45,716 bases of DNA from Thermovirgaceae bacterium (GCA_040767805.1 JAXGNU010000011.1:1-45716); one strand, 5' to 3'; numbered from the stretch's first letter, positions 19,189-29,072 are shown. Notes: generated from the letters alone by a model not told the origin. Numbers and translations are program-made.

Positions 19189-20683
19189 GGTTTTATCCTT
19201 CTGGTTTTCCATCCTCGTCGTTGTCGGTGTCATCGCCGGGGCGGTCCATTTCTTCGGGAGGGTCCACGTTCCGGAAAAGGTGCTCGTGCCGTCGGAAGCC
19301 ATCCCGTCGGTGGACCTGGATTCCCCGCGGTTTTACCTTGATACCCTGTCGGGGCAGTTGGGACCGGGTTACCCCTGTGAAACGCCGGAAAAAGTCGATG
19401 ACCACGTCCGTTCCGTGATCCTGGCCTTGTCGGACTTGTCACCCCTGGTCGACATGGCGGAGAGGTCGTCGGTCCTCGGGGCATGGGATGCCAACGAACT
19501 TGCCTTCTACGGGGCCTTCCTCTTGGAGTCCTCGCAAATGAAGGAACTGCAGGAGGGCAAGGTGCCCGCTCCCTGGCTTGAGCGAGCTTCCGGCCTGGCC
19601 ATGGGTCCTTCCGAAAGGGAAGGCATACTTCGCCTGACCTTGGCCAAGGGCGAGGTAACCCTCTTCTTGCGTGCCGACGAGGAGTTCCTCTTGATCTCCC
19701 ATTCCCTGGAAGGGCTGGAAAAAATGAGGAAAGCCCTCGACGGTTCGATCGAGAGGTTCCGCCCTCTCTTCACCGTGGAACCGACCTGGCCCGCCCATCT
19801 TGCAGTCTTTGACGGGAAGTTGATCGCCCAGGCGGCCTCCTTGAGAGGACTTGCCGCCCCGGACAAGGCCATCACGCTTGAACTGGCCTGGAACAGCCGG
19901 CCGGGAAGCGGTGAAGCGGCGTGGAAGATCGAGGGGCTCGAAGAATGGCTCCCAACGGAGACGCGCGGGAAAATTACCCCCATGGCCTGGGACGGCCCGG
20001 CCTTTTTACCGGAACCCCTCATCTCCGCCTTTGGCGTTTCAGTGCCCGAGGGATTCGGAAGCCTGGTAGAAAAAGAGTTGTCGATCCCCGAATGGATGGA
20101 GGAAGCCGGTTTTGACCGGGCCTCGCTGGCCGGCCTGATCGAAGGGCCCCTGGTCGGCGTCATCGGAGGCCAGAGCAGGCTGCTCCTTTTCAACCTCCCC
20201 GGGGTCATCCTCCAGCTCCCCTCGAGGGGCGCCGAAGGGGTCCGTTGGATCCGGGGATTGTGGGATAACAAATGGGCCCGGTTCGCCTTTTCTCCCCAGC
20301 CTGTCACGGGTTTCCCGGCGGGGGGCAAGCTCACGTTGCCCTTTACCATCATGGCGGCCGCCAATGAGGAAATGGCCTTCGCGGGCCTGATCAACGAATC
20401 TTCGCTGGGGAAAATGACCCCTGTCGAACAGGTGATTCCCCTGAGTGGGGAAGGATCCATCCTCTGGTTTTACGCCGACCTGCCGAAGGCCGCCGACGCC
20501 CTGGAGAACCTTTCCCGGATGGCCGGCCTGGCGGAGCGTTTCGGTGTAGACGAAGCGCCCGACGCGCGGGAGCTGGCCAGGCTGGTCGGTCAACTCCGGT
20601 CCCTCGGACAGGTGACCCTGGTGATCCATGACCTGGGTTCGGGGAGGGGCGGCTGGAAGTCGACAGTCCCTGCAGCGGAGTGA
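19175..20683 (+). CDS. Hypothetical membrane-anchored protein coupled to the RND operon
   Basis: 502 aa ORF with N-terminal TM; overlaps the RND stop; no family recognised. Confidence 0.75.
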   Translation: MKMRRVLSFWFSILVVVGVIAGAVHFFGRVHVPEKVLVPSEAIPSVDLDSPRFYLDTLSGQLGPGYPCETPEKVDDHVRSVILALSDLSPLVDMAERSSVLGAWDANELAFYGAFLLESSQMKELQEGKVPAPWLERASGLAMGPSEREGILRLTLAKGEVTLFLRADEEFLLISHSLEGLEKMRKALDGSIERFRPLFTVEPTWPAHLAVFDGKLIAQAASLRGLAAPDKAITLELAWNSRPGSGEAAWKIEGLEEWLPTETRGKITPMAWDGPAFLPEPLISAFGVSVPEGFGSLVEKELSIPEWMEEAGFDRASLAGLIEGPLVGVIGGQSRLLLFNLPGVILQLPSRGAEGVRWIRGLWDNKWARFAFSPQPVTGFPAGGKLTLPFTIMAAANEEMAFAGLINESSLGKMTPVEQVIPLSGEGSILWFYADLPKAADALENLSRMAGLAERFGVDEAPDARELARLVGQLRSLGQVTLVIHDLGSGRGGWKSTVPAAE

Positions 20684-20730
20684 GGACGACGAAGGGAACG
20701 ACGGAGGGTACAGATCAAGGAGGGGTAGCC

Positions 20731-22008
20731 ATGCAGGGAAATCCCCTGTCCATAATGTTGGAGCGGGGTTGCGTCGAATGGTGCAGCCACCCGGAGGAAC
20801 TGTCCTCTCTTTTCGACAGCGAGATGGTCACCGGCTATATCGGGTTCGACCCGACGGCGGACAGCTTACATGTGGGCCACCTGATCCCGATGATGGGGCT
20901 GGCCTGGATGCAGCGGTCCGGTCACAGGCCTATCGCTATTGCGGGTATGGGGACGGGCCTTATCGGGGACCCGTCGGGCAAGAGCAAGGAGAGGAACCTT
21001 CTCACCCTTGAACAGGTCGAGAAAAACCTGGTGACCGTCAAGGAACAGCTGGGCCAGTTCCTGGACTTCGATTGCGGGCCCAATTCCGCTCTCATCGTGA
21101 ACAACCATGACTGGCTCGGAAAGCAGACCCTGCTCGGGTTTTTGAGGGATACCGGGAAATACTTCACCGTGAATTACATGATAGGCCGGGAATACGTGAA
21201 AAGCCGCCTCGACGACCCCGATAAGTCCATCTCCTACACCGAGTTCTCCTACATGCTGCTCCAGGCCTTCGATTTCTGCCACCTCTACGAGAACTTCGGC
21301 TGCAAACTCCAGATGGGCGGCAACGATCAGCAGGGGAACATCATCGCCGGGATAGACCTGATCAGGAAGAAGATCGGCGGACAGGCCTACGGCATCACGT
21401 ACCCGCTTCTCCTGAGCGCCTCGGGCGGCAAGTTCGGCAAGACCGAGGGCGGGACCGTCTGGCTTTCCGCCGAAAGGACGTCGCCCTATCGGTTCTACCA
21501 GTTCTGGATCAACTCCGATGACAGGGACGTGGAGAAGTTGCTTAAACTGTTTACCTTCCTGCCCCTCGAAGAGATCGAAGGCATAATGGATTCCCATAGG
21601 GCCAGGCCCGAACGAAGGGAAGCCCAGAAGAAGCTGGCCAGGGAGGTGACCGCCCGGCTTCACGGGGAGGAGCCTTTCAAGATGGCAGAGCGGGCCAGTA
21701 CTATCCTTTTCGGGGACAGTTTTGAACCGTCGGAACTCACACCGGGGATGATCAAGATACTCATGTCGGAGGTGCCGGGAGGCGTATTCCCCGGTGATGC
21801 CGCCCCATCGCCGGTGGAAATACTCGCGGCGTCAGGGGCCTGCACGAGCAAAAGTGAAGCCAGGAGGCTCATCCAAGGGGGAGGAGTCTACCTCAACGGG
21901 AGGCGGCTGGGTCCCTCCGAGGAGGTGGGTCGGCAGGACCTGATAGAGGGGAAGCACCTCTTCTTCCGGCTGGGCAAGAAGCGCTTTTTCGTCGCCAGCA
22001 AGGGATAA
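20731..22008 (+). CDS. tyrS: Tyrosine--tRNA ligase
   Basis: YIGFDPTADSLHVGH, IGDPSGK, EFSY.LLQ..D, QMGGNDQ.GNI, KFGKT, C-terminal S4 domain; AAGGAGG RBS before ATG 20731. Confidence 0.97.
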   Translation: MQGNPLSIMLERGCVEWCSHPEELSSLFDSEMVTGYIGFDPTADSLHVGHLIPMMGLAWMQRSGHRPIAIAGMGTGLIGDPSGKSKERNLLTLEQVEKNLVTVKEQLGQFLDFDCGPNSALIVNNHDWLGKQTLLGFLRDTGKYFTVNYMIGREYVKSRLDDPDKSISYTEFSYMLLQAFDFCHLYENFGCKLQMGGNDQQGNIIAGIDLIRKKIGGQAYGITYPLLLSASGGKFGKTEGGTVWLSAERTSPYRFYQFWINSDDRDVEKLLKLFTFLPLEEIEGIMDSHRARPERREAQKKLAREVTARLHGEEPFKMAERASTILFGDSFEPSELTPGMIKILMSEVPGGVFPGDAAPSPVEILAASGACTSKSEARRLIQGGGVYLNGRRLGPSEEVGRQDLIEGKHLFFRLGKKRFFVASKG

Positions 22009-22017
22009 GCCGAAAGG

Positions 22018-22872
22018 ATGTCGCTACAGTCCGGGATCCTCGAGGCTGCAAGGAAATGGGTCCACCCCGGCTGGAGAGCCGGCCTGCTCGCGGGGGTGCT
22101 TTTCGGGGCTCTCCGGGTCCTGGCGCCACGAAGGCGGGTGGCCCTTTCGAACATGGTGATCGCTTTCCCAGGGTCCACCCCCGCCTGGAGGAGGAAAAAC
22201 CTTTCAAGGGTGTACCGCCATTTCGCCGCTTCCCTGACGGAATACCTGGTCGTCCAGAACGACCCGGCCCAGGTCGATGACTGGTTCGTCGCCTCTAGCG
22301 GTCTCAAATGGTTATCGGGGCAGGCATCCGCAGGGAAAGGCGCCGTCCTGCTCATGGCCCACTTCGGCAGCTGGGAACTCATGGCCGCCTGGCTGGTCAG
22401 GCGGGGATTCATCCTTTACGGGGTCATTCAGGAGCCGGAAGACCCGGACCTGGCCGAAGTGATAGAAAAGTACCGCAGGAACATCGGGGCGAAGCCCATC
22501 CCAAAGCGGTCCATGCTCACGGAACCCGTCAGGCGCCTCCGCGAGGGGGCCATGGTGGTCCTCGCCGGGGACCAGAACTGGGCGGGGAGGGGGGCCTTGC
22601 GCCTCCCCTTTTTCGGCAGGGAGTGCGGCACCGCCGGCGGGCCGGCGTCTTTCGCCATCATGGCCGGAGTGCCCCTTGTGCCCGTGGCTGCCACCAGGCT
22701 TGGCCCCTTCAAATACAGGATCGACATCGGCCCCCCCATCGAGCAGCCGCCGGAGGGGAGCAGGGAGGCCAGGGTAGTGGCCATGACAAGGGAAGCGAAC
22801 CGGTGGATCGAGGGGTTGATAAGAAAAGCGCCGGAGCAATGGCTGTGGATGCACCGGCGCTGGCGTGACTGA
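22018..22872 (+). CDS. Lipid A biosynthesis (LpxL-like) acyltransferase family protein
   Basis: AHFGSWE, DQ, FFG, PEQWLWMHRRW. Confidence 0.9.
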   Translation: MSLQSGILEAARKWVHPGWRAGLLAGVLFGALRVLAPRRRVALSNMVIAFPGSTPAWRRKNLSRVYRHFAASLTEYLVVQNDPAQVDDWFVASSGLKWLSGQASAGKGAVLLMAHFGSWELMAAWLVRRGFILYGVIQEPEDPDLAEVIEKYRRNIGAKPIPKRSMLTEPVRRLREGAMVVLAGDQNWAGRGALRLPFFGRECGTAGGPASFAIMAGVPLVPVAATRLGPFKYRIDIGPPIEQPPEGSREARVVAMTREANRWIEGLIRKAPEQWLWMHRRWRD

Positions 22873-22887
22873 TCGAGCGGGCGCGCC

Positions 22888-23079
22888 CTAACGATCCTTC
22901 TCGGAAGAGAGTACCCCCCCGATGGCGTAGTCGCCCCGTGCCATTTCCGAAAGGATTATCCTGACCTGTTCGGGCTTTACCCCGAGGGCCGAGCAGATCG
23001 ACGCTGTCATCTCGGCGACCAGCTCCTTTTTCTGTTCGCTTGATCGGCCCTCGAGCAGGTGTACTTGGACTATCGGCAT
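22888..23079 (-). CDS. 4-oxalocrotonate tautomerase family protein
   Basis: 63 aa, Pro after Met (MPIVQV), GRS.EQK..L, IGG. Confidence 0.9.
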   Translation of the reverse strand: MPIVQVHLLEGRSSEQKKELVAEMTASICSALGVKPEQVRIILSEMARGDYAIGGVLSSEKDR

Positions 23080-23112
23080 GGTTTCACCCCCCTTTACGGT
23101 TTGTCCCCCATT

Positions 23113-24507
23113 TTACTTTCCTATGCAGAAGTTTGAAAAGATCCTGTCCAGGAGGTCTTCATCGGTCGATAGGCCCAGTATCCTCGAGAGGCATTCCCGG
23201 GAACCGGCCAGCAGGTCCAGGGCCGCGTCGAGCCCAATGTCCGAGGCGAACGCTCCTTCGGCCTCTTCCACCAGGGCCAGGGCTTCCCTTATTTCCTCCA
23301 CTTGCCGTTCGGTGGTGTTGACGTCCTCGTCGACGGTGGTGCTCCCGGAGACGGAAAGGACGATCAGGTCCTTGAGCTCATCCAGCCCTTGACCGGTGAC
23401 GGCCGAGACGACCCTGACCTCGCGGCCGGGGAGGAGATCCTTGACCTCCTCCAGGTCGACCGAAAGGGGCAGGTCCGACTTGTTGACGGCGATGACACAA
23501 CAACTACCCAGGAGTGAGGCGGCTATCCTCCTGTCGTCGTCGGTGATGGGTTCGCTGCCGTCGATCACCCAAACCCTGATATCGGCTTCCTTTATGGCCT
23601 CCAGGGAACGCCTCACTCCTTCCTCCTCGGCCAGGTCCCTGGGGTCCCTTATCCCGGCCGTGTCCGTCAGCCTGAGGGGAATCCCCTTGTGGGAGATCAC
23701 CTCTTCGATCACGTCCCTGGTCGTTCCGGGCATGGAGGTGACGATCGAACGGGACTCCTCGAGGAAGGCGTTCATGAGGGAGGATTTCCCCACGTTGGGG
23801 CGGCCGGAGATCGCGACACCGATCCCCTCCCTCAGGAAACGACCTGCCCGAGCCGCCGACAGGAGATCCCTCATCCTCCAGGCCACCTTTGAGAGGCGCC
23901 GAAGGTAGTCGGGGGCGCTAACCTCGGGTATGTCCTCATCGGGGTGGTCTATGAAGGCCTCGGCCGCCGCGGAGAGGTCGGCCAGTTCATCCAGGATGCT
24001 CCTGAGCCGGTCGGAAAGCCGGCCCTGGAGGCACTTGGCCGCGGCTTTCAGGGCCCCGTCGGAGCGGGCTCTTATCACACCTAGCACCGATTCGGCCTCG
24101 GCCAGGTCGATCCTTCCGTTCAGGAAGGCCAGCCTGGTGAACTCCCCCGGGCGGGCCATCCTGGCGCCCCCGCAAAGGCAGAGTTCAAGGCACTTCCTCG
24201 CAGCCACCGTTCCTCCGTGGCAGTGTATCTCGGCCGCTTCTTCACCGGTGTAGCTGTAGGGTTTCTTGAACCAGACCGCCAGCACTTCGTCGATGGGGTC
24301 ACCGTCGGCGTCGTGAATGAAACCATGCTTCATGTAACGGGGCGGGGAGGGACCCAGTCCCCCCCCGCCCTTGAAGATAGAATCGACGAGGTCCCTGGAA
24401 CCACTGCCTGAAAGCCGTACAATGGCTATGCCCGACTCGCCCCAGGCGGTCGATATGGCGGCGATGATGTCCTTCCGTAGGAACGCGGGCCCCTCGCCCA
24501 TGGTCAT
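23113..24507 (-). CDS. mnmE: tRNA modification GTPase MnmE
   Basis: IAAIST, IVRLSG, HGG, GEFT..AFLNGRIDL, GRPNVGKS, GTTRD, DTAG, NKSD, terminal FCIGK. Confidence 0.97.
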   Translation of the reverse strand: MTMGEGPAFLRKDIIAAISTAWGESGIAIVRLSGSGSRDLVDSIFKGGGGLGPSPPRYMKHGFIHDADGDPIDEVLAVWFKKPYSYTGEEAAEIHCHGGTVAARKCLELCLCGGARMARPGEFTRLAFLNGRIDLAEAESVLGVIRARSDGALKAAAKCLQGRLSDRLRSILDELADLSAAAEAFIDHPDEDIPEVSAPDYLRRLSKVAWRMRDLLSAARAGRFLREGIGVAISGRPNVGKSSLMNAFLEESRSIVTSMPGTTRDVIEEVISHKGIPLRLTDTAGIRDPRDLAEEEGVRRSLEAIKEADIRVWVIDGSEPITDDDRRIAASLLGSCCVIAVNKSDLPLSVDLEEVKDLLPGREVRVVSAVTGQGLDELKDLIVLSVSGSTTVDEDVNTTERQVEEIREALALVEEAEGAFASDIGLDAALDLLAGSRECLSRILGLSTDEDLLDRIFSNFCIGK

Positions 24508-24512
24508 ACTTT

Positions 24513-25718
24513 TCAGAGCATTTCCCTCATGGCTTCCCCGAGGCGTTTGACCCCTTCTTCAATGACATCCGGCGTGGAGTAGGTGTAGTTGATCCTCGCG
24601 TTGTGCTCCCCGCCGCCGTTGGCGAAGAAGGGGGCGCCTATGACAAAGGCGACCTTCTTCTCGATGGCCTTCTTGAAAAGGTCCTCGGCGTCGATGTGGG
24701 GCATGTGGATCCAGTAAAAGAAACCGCCCTCCGGTTTGACCCAGGAGACCTCATCGAGGGGCAGGTACTTCTTGAAACTGTCCTCCATGGCGTTTCTTTT
24801 GGCCCTGTAGTCGGCGACTATCTTCGGGAGGTGCGCGTCCAGGTACCCTTTCTTGCAGTATTCGTAAATCAGCGCCTGTGAAATGGGACTCGAGCAGAGG
24901 TCCGTGGACTGTTTGAAGACGGTCAGTTTCCTTATTATGTCACGGCTGCCGGTGCACCACCCGATCCGAGTCCCCGGGGCCAGGATCTTCGAGAAGGAAC
25001 CCACGTAGATCACGCCCCCTTCCGGGTCAAGGGAAAAAATGGAAGGAAGGTGGTCACCGTCAAAACGGACATAACCGTAAGGGTCATCCTCGAAGATGGG
25101 GATCCCGTACTTGTGGGAGATCTCCACCAGTTTTTTTCTTCTCTCAAGGGACAGGGTGCATCCCGCGGGGTTCTGGAAGTTGACGATCGTATAAATGAAC
25201 TTGACCTTTTTACCTTCGGAGCGGGCTTTCTCGATCTTCTCGGGGAGCATATCCACGACCATCCCCTCGGCGTCGGTGGGGATGCCGATGAAACGGGAAC
25301 CGTGGTTGTGGAACGCCGTAAGGGCCGCCAGGTAGGAAGGGTCTTCGGTGATGACATAGTCACCGGGGTCGATCATGGCCCAACCCATCAAGTCGAGGGC
25401 CTGCTGCGAACCCGAGGTGAGGAGCATTTCGTCCAGGGCGACTTTCCTGCCCATCCTGGGCGCCGTCCACTCTGAGAGGAACTCTTTCAAGGGGTTAAAA
25501 CCCTCGGTGGTGCCGTACTGGAGGAGGCTCGGGCCGTCCCGCAGGAAGACCTCGGTCCCCTCGTGGAACTCCTTCACCGGGAAAACATCGGGCGCCGGCA
25601 TCCCGCCCGCGAAGGATATCATTCCCGGTTGTTTCACTACGCTCAACATCTCCCGTATCGGCGAGGGACGAACCTTGAGCGCCTTGTCGCTGAAATTTGA
25701 TTCCCAGACCTTGTCCAA
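24513..25718 (-). CDS. PLP-dependent class I/II aminotransferase (LysN/2-aminoadipate transaminase-like), paralog 1
   Basis: ISFAGGMP, LQYG, GSQQALD, NFQNPAG, EDDPYG, GSFSK (PLP Lys), RIGW; likely TTG start at 25718 behind GGAGGAG (ORF track starts at 25733). Confidence 0.9.
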   Translation of the reverse strand: MDKVWESNFSDKALKVRPSPIREMLSVVKQPGMISFAGGMPAPDVFPVKEFHEGTEVFLRDGPSLLQYGTTEGFNPLKEFLSEWTAPRMGRKVALDEMLLTSGSQQALDLMGWAMIDPGDYVITEDPSYLAALTAFHNHGSRFIGIPTDAEGMVVDMLPEKIEKARSEGKKVKFIYTIVNFQNPAGCTLSLERRKKLVEISHKYGIPIFEDDPYGYVRFDGDHLPSIFSLDPEGGVIYVGSFSKILAPGTRIGWCTGSRDIIRKLTVFKQSTDLCSSPISQALIYEYCKKGYLDAHLPKIVADYRAKRNAMEDSFKKYLPLDEVSWVKPEGGFFYWIHMPHIDAEDLFKKAIEKKVAFVIGAPFFANGGGEHNARINYTYSTPDVIEEGVKRLGEAMREML

Positions 25719-25748
25719 TTCGATCTCCTCCAATATGGATCAGATGTC

Positions 25749-27050
25749 TCAGCTCTTCTTAAGATCAAGCTCCCGCTCGAACTCGCGGATGGCTTCACCG
25801 ATGTATCGGACACCGAGGTCCGTCATTTCGGCGGAGGCGAAGGTGAAGCACATCCTGAAATTGTTCAGCCCCCCCGATCCGGTGGGGTAAAAAGCGTTCC
25901 CCGGGACGAAGGCGACCTTTTTCTCCAGGGCTTTTTCCAGGAGTTCCACGGCGGGTATCCCAGGGACGGTCAGCCAGTAAAAGAAGCCGCCCCCGGGTTT
26001 TTGCCAGGAAACCCGGTCCAAGGGCAGGTACTTCTTCAGCGCGGCTTCCATACCGTCCCTCTTTTTCCTGTAATGGTCGATTATGCTGGGGAGAAAAGAG
26101 TCTAGGTACCCCAGCCGGCAGTACTCCCACACTATGGCTTGGGCCAAGACGCTGGTGCAGGTGTCGACATTTTCCTTGAGAACCGTCATTTTCCTGATGA
26201 TCTCGTCCCTCCCCGCGCACCAAGCGACACGGGTGCCGGGGGCCAGGATCTTGGAGAAGGTCGAGGAGAATACCACCAGGCCGCTGTCATCCATGGAGAA
26301 GAGCGAGGGGGTATCCTCGCCCTCGAAGCGGACCCAGCCGTAGGGGTCATCCTCCAGGATCATGATCCCATTGGTCCTGGCGATCTCCAGCAACCTTGCC
26401 CTTCTTTGAAGTGAGAGGTCGCAGCCCAGCGGGTTGTGGAAGTTGACGATGGTGTAGATGAACTTGATGGGTTCACCGGCGGCACGGATCCTTTCGATCC
26501 GCTCCGGGAGCAGTTCCACCTTCATTCCCTCGCTGTCGCAGGGGACGGTCAGGAACCTTGCCCCGTGGTTGAACATAGTGCCCGTAGCACCCTGGAAGGT
26601 GGGTTCCTCGCAAATCACCCAGTCACCCCTGTCCAGCAGGGCCCAGCAGAGCAGGTCGATCACCTGGGCGGAGCCGGCGGTGATCAGCAGTTCGCTGGTT
26701 GACAGTTTCCGCCCCATCCTCGGGGCAGTCCATTCGGCCAGGAAATCCTTGAGCGGCGGGTAGCCCCCCGCCGCACCGTACTGAAGAATATTCTTGCCCT
26801 CTCTCGAGATGACGGAGGCCGCTTTTTGCAACTGCTCAATGGGGAAGATATCGGGGTCGGGCATTCCCACCGCGAAGGAGATCGTCCCCGGCTCTTTGCC
26901 GAGGTCCAGTAGCTCCAGGAGGGGGGAGGGCCTAATGTTCTTCGCAGCGGTGCTGAAAAGGCCGTCGAGAAAAACCTCCGTTTTATTCGCACCTCCGTCC
27001 AAGCGAGGATGACGACCCCCAGCATGGGGGCCGCCTTTATTGTATATCAT
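25749..27050 (-). CDS. PLP-dependent class I/II aminotransferase, paralog 2 (start uncertain)
   Basis: ISFAVGMP, LQYG, NFHNP, EDDPYG, STFSK; colinear with paralog 1. Candidate starts: ATG 27050, TTG 27002, ACG 26981. Confidence 0.88.
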   Translation of the reverse strand: MIYNKGGPHAGGRHPRLDGGANKTEVFLDGLFSTAAKNIRPSPLLELLDLGKEPGTISFAVGMPDPDIFPIEQLQKAASVISREGKNILQYGAAGGYPPLKDFLAEWTAPRMGRKLSTSELLITAGSAQVIDLLCWALLDRGDWVICEEPTFQGATGTMFNHGARFLTVPCDSEGMKVELLPERIERIRAAGEPIKFIYTIVNFHNPLGCDLSLQRRARLLEIARTNGIMILEDDPYGWVRFEGEDTPSLFSMDDSGLVVFSSTFSKILAPGTRVAWCAGRDEIIRKMTVLKENVDTCTSVLAQAIVWEYCRLGYLDSFLPSIIDHYRKKRDGMEAALKKYLPLDRVSWQKPGGGFFYWLTVPGIPAVELLEKALEKKVAFVPGNAFYPTGSGGLNNFRMCFTFASAEMTDLGVRYIGEAIREFERELDLKKS

Positions 27051-27063
27051 TATCCTCCGATCA

Positions 27064-27699
27064 TCAGTTCCCCTTGCTTATCCTTTCCGTGGTCTCCCTG
27101 ATATGGGCCAAGCGCCGCTCGGTAGGGGGGTGTGAATTGAAACCGCTCGGGGTCGTTTTGAATCCTGACTTAGCCATGCCTTGGAGAGCGTTGTAAAGGC
27201 CCCAGGGGTCGTAACCGGCCTTCGCTGCCAACGCCACCCCATAGTCGTCGGCGGCGATCTCCTGTTCCCGGCTGAAACCCGCCTCAGCGAGAATGACCCC
27301 GGTGCCGACCACATCGAAGCCGCCTATCTTCCTTTCCCCCAAGGCCATGTAGAGCAGGCCCCAAAGGAGGTTCCTTTTCACGGTTTCATCGTAGTGGCCC
27401 AGCTTGATGTGTCCTATCTCGTGGGCCAGTACCCCGGCCAGTTCGTCGGTGGAGCGGAGCGTAGCCAGGAGTCCCGTCGTGGCGTGAACGGAGTATTTGT
27501 TCATCCTGAAGGAAACCCACGCGTTGGGTTCCTCCTTGCTCTCGATGCTCACGGGGCCCGCCTCCGCGAGGGATGCCGCTGAGGTCAGGCCGCGCCAGAC
27601 CCTGTCAACAGAGCCGGGGTCGAGGGCCGCCCCACCCGGCATTGGGTACGTCGCCAAAAAAAAGAGGACCAGGATGGAACCTGTGATCTTCCTGATCAC
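27064..27699 (-). CDS. M48-family zinc metallopeptidase (exported)
   Basis: Signal peptide, PNA, ELAGVLAHEIGH, FSREQE..AD, AGYDP, SHP...RR. Confidence 0.9.
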   Translation of the reverse strand: MIRKITGSILVLFFLATYPMPGGAALDPGSVDRVWRGLTSAASLAEAGPVSIESKEEPNAWVSFRMNKYSVHATTGLLATLRSTDELAGVLAHEIGHIKLGHYDETVKRNLLWGLLYMALGERKIGGFDVVGTGVILAEAGFSREQEIAADDYGVALAAKAGYDPWGLYNALQGMAKSGFKTTPSGFNSHPPTERRLAHIRETTERISKGN

Positions 27700-27860
27700 G
27701 GAGCCCGCCTCCCTTCAAATTTCCCAGCGGCATTATGGTGCATGAGGGCGGAGAAAATAAAGGGCCATATGGCTTATTATATTATTCGGGCAAGGTGGTA
27801 AAAAAGGCAAGAGAGGCCCCGCGGCAGGGCGGCGCTTCTTTAGGGGAGGGGGAATGCCTT

Positions 27861-29072
27861 TTGATCGACAGGCTGGAGGTGCTCAGGGAACTTTCGGTCG
27901 AAAATAGAACAAAAATGGTCCTTCTCGTGATGGACGGTTTGGGGGGGTTGCCGGGTACCGGGGGTCAAACGGAACTTGAGGCCGCCTTCACGCCAAACCT
28001 CGACGCCCTGGCTTCCCGTTCGGAGACAGGGCTCCTCGAGATGGTCGACACGGGCATCACCCCGGGAAGCGGGCCGGGGCACCTCGGCCTTTTCGGCTAC
28101 GATCCTCTGAGGTTCCAGATTGGCAGGGGGATACTGGAAGCCCTGGGCGCGGGAGCCCATGTCCAAGCCGGGGAACTCTGTGCCAGGGGGAACCTGTGTA
28201 CCTGGGGTGAGAAGGACCTTGTCCTCGATAGGAGGGCCGGCCGGATCGACACCGGTTCGAGCGCCGGTATCATCGGGAAACTGGCCGAAAGGATAAAAGA
28301 GATCGACGGGTTCGGGGTAAGATTCTACCCCGGCGTCGAGCACCGTTTCGCCGTGGTCTTCTCGGGGGAGGGGTTGAGCGACAAGGTGACCGACGCGGAT
28401 CCCCAGGTCGAAGGCCGGCCCATGGTCTGGAGCGAACCCCTGGACCCTTCCGCCGAAAGTACGTCCCGCCTGGTCAACGACCTCATTCGAAGGGTCCGGG
28501 AGGTCCTTTCCGACGAGCCGAAAGCCAACGGCTGCCTTCTTAGGGGCATATCCGGCGCGCCGGATATCCCCCTCATGCCGGACCTCTACCGCTTCCGCCC
28601 CGCCGCGATAGCTACCTACCCCATGTACAAAGGCCTGGCCAGGATAGTGGGGATGGAGGTCCTGCCGGCGGGCAAGACAGTGGAAGGCCTCTTCCAGGCC
28701 TTAGGGACGAACTGGGTGTCTTTCGATTTCTTCTACGTTCATGTAAAATACGCCGACAGCCGCGGCGAGGACGGTGACTTCGACGCGAAGCGTGAGGTCA
28801 TCGAAAAAGTCGACAGCCTCGTACCGGAAGTGCTCGAACTGGAACCCGACGTCCTCGTCGTGACCGGCGACCACAGCACCCCTAGCGTCATGGCATCCCA
28901 CTCATGGCACCCCTCGCCCTTCCTCCTGGCGAGCCCCTTTGTGAGGCCCGACAGGTCACCCTCCTTCGGCGAAAGAAGTTGTGCCAGGGGAAGCCTTGGG
29001 GTCATACCGGCCCACAAGCTCATGGGGCTGATGCTGGCCCATGCCCGGAGGCTTTCAAAGTACGGGGCCTGA
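27861..29072 (+). CDS. apgM: 2,3-bisphosphoglycerate-independent phosphoglycerate mutase (ApgM type)
   Basis: DGLGG, T.LE.A.TPNLD, PGSGPGHL, GRG.LEA.G, EHRF, YPMYKG, GDHSTP, HSWHP; TTG start after GGGGAGG. Confidence 0.9.
   Translation: MIDRLEVLRELSVENRTKMVLLVMDGLGGLPGTGGQTELEAAFTPNLDALASRSETGLLEMVDTGITPGSGPGHLGLFGYDPLRFQIGRGILEALGAGAHVQAGELCARGNLCTWGEKDLVLDRRAGRIDTGSSAGIIGKLAERIKEIDGFGVRFYPGVEHRFAVVFSGEGLSDKVTDADPQVEGRPMVWSEPLDPSAESTSRLVNDLIRRVREVLSDEPKANGCLLRGISGAPDIPLMPDLYRFRPAAIATYPMYKGLARIVGMEVLPAGKTVEGLFQALGTNWVSFDFFYVHVKYADSRGEDGDFDAKREVIEKVDSLVPEVLELEPDVLVVTGDHSTPSVMASHSWHPSPFLLASPFVRPDRSPSFGERSCARGSLGVIPAHKLMGLMLAHARRLSKYGA

Noticed and set aside
19507..20460. 317-aa minus-strand ORF
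   Set aside because: Lies opposite the 502-aa gene, which fits the operon direction and has a TM anchor.
20684..20730. T-box riboswitch upstream of tyrS (and of asnS)
   Set aside because: Only 47 nt precede tyrS, and no T-box consensus with terminator was seen upstream of either synthetase.
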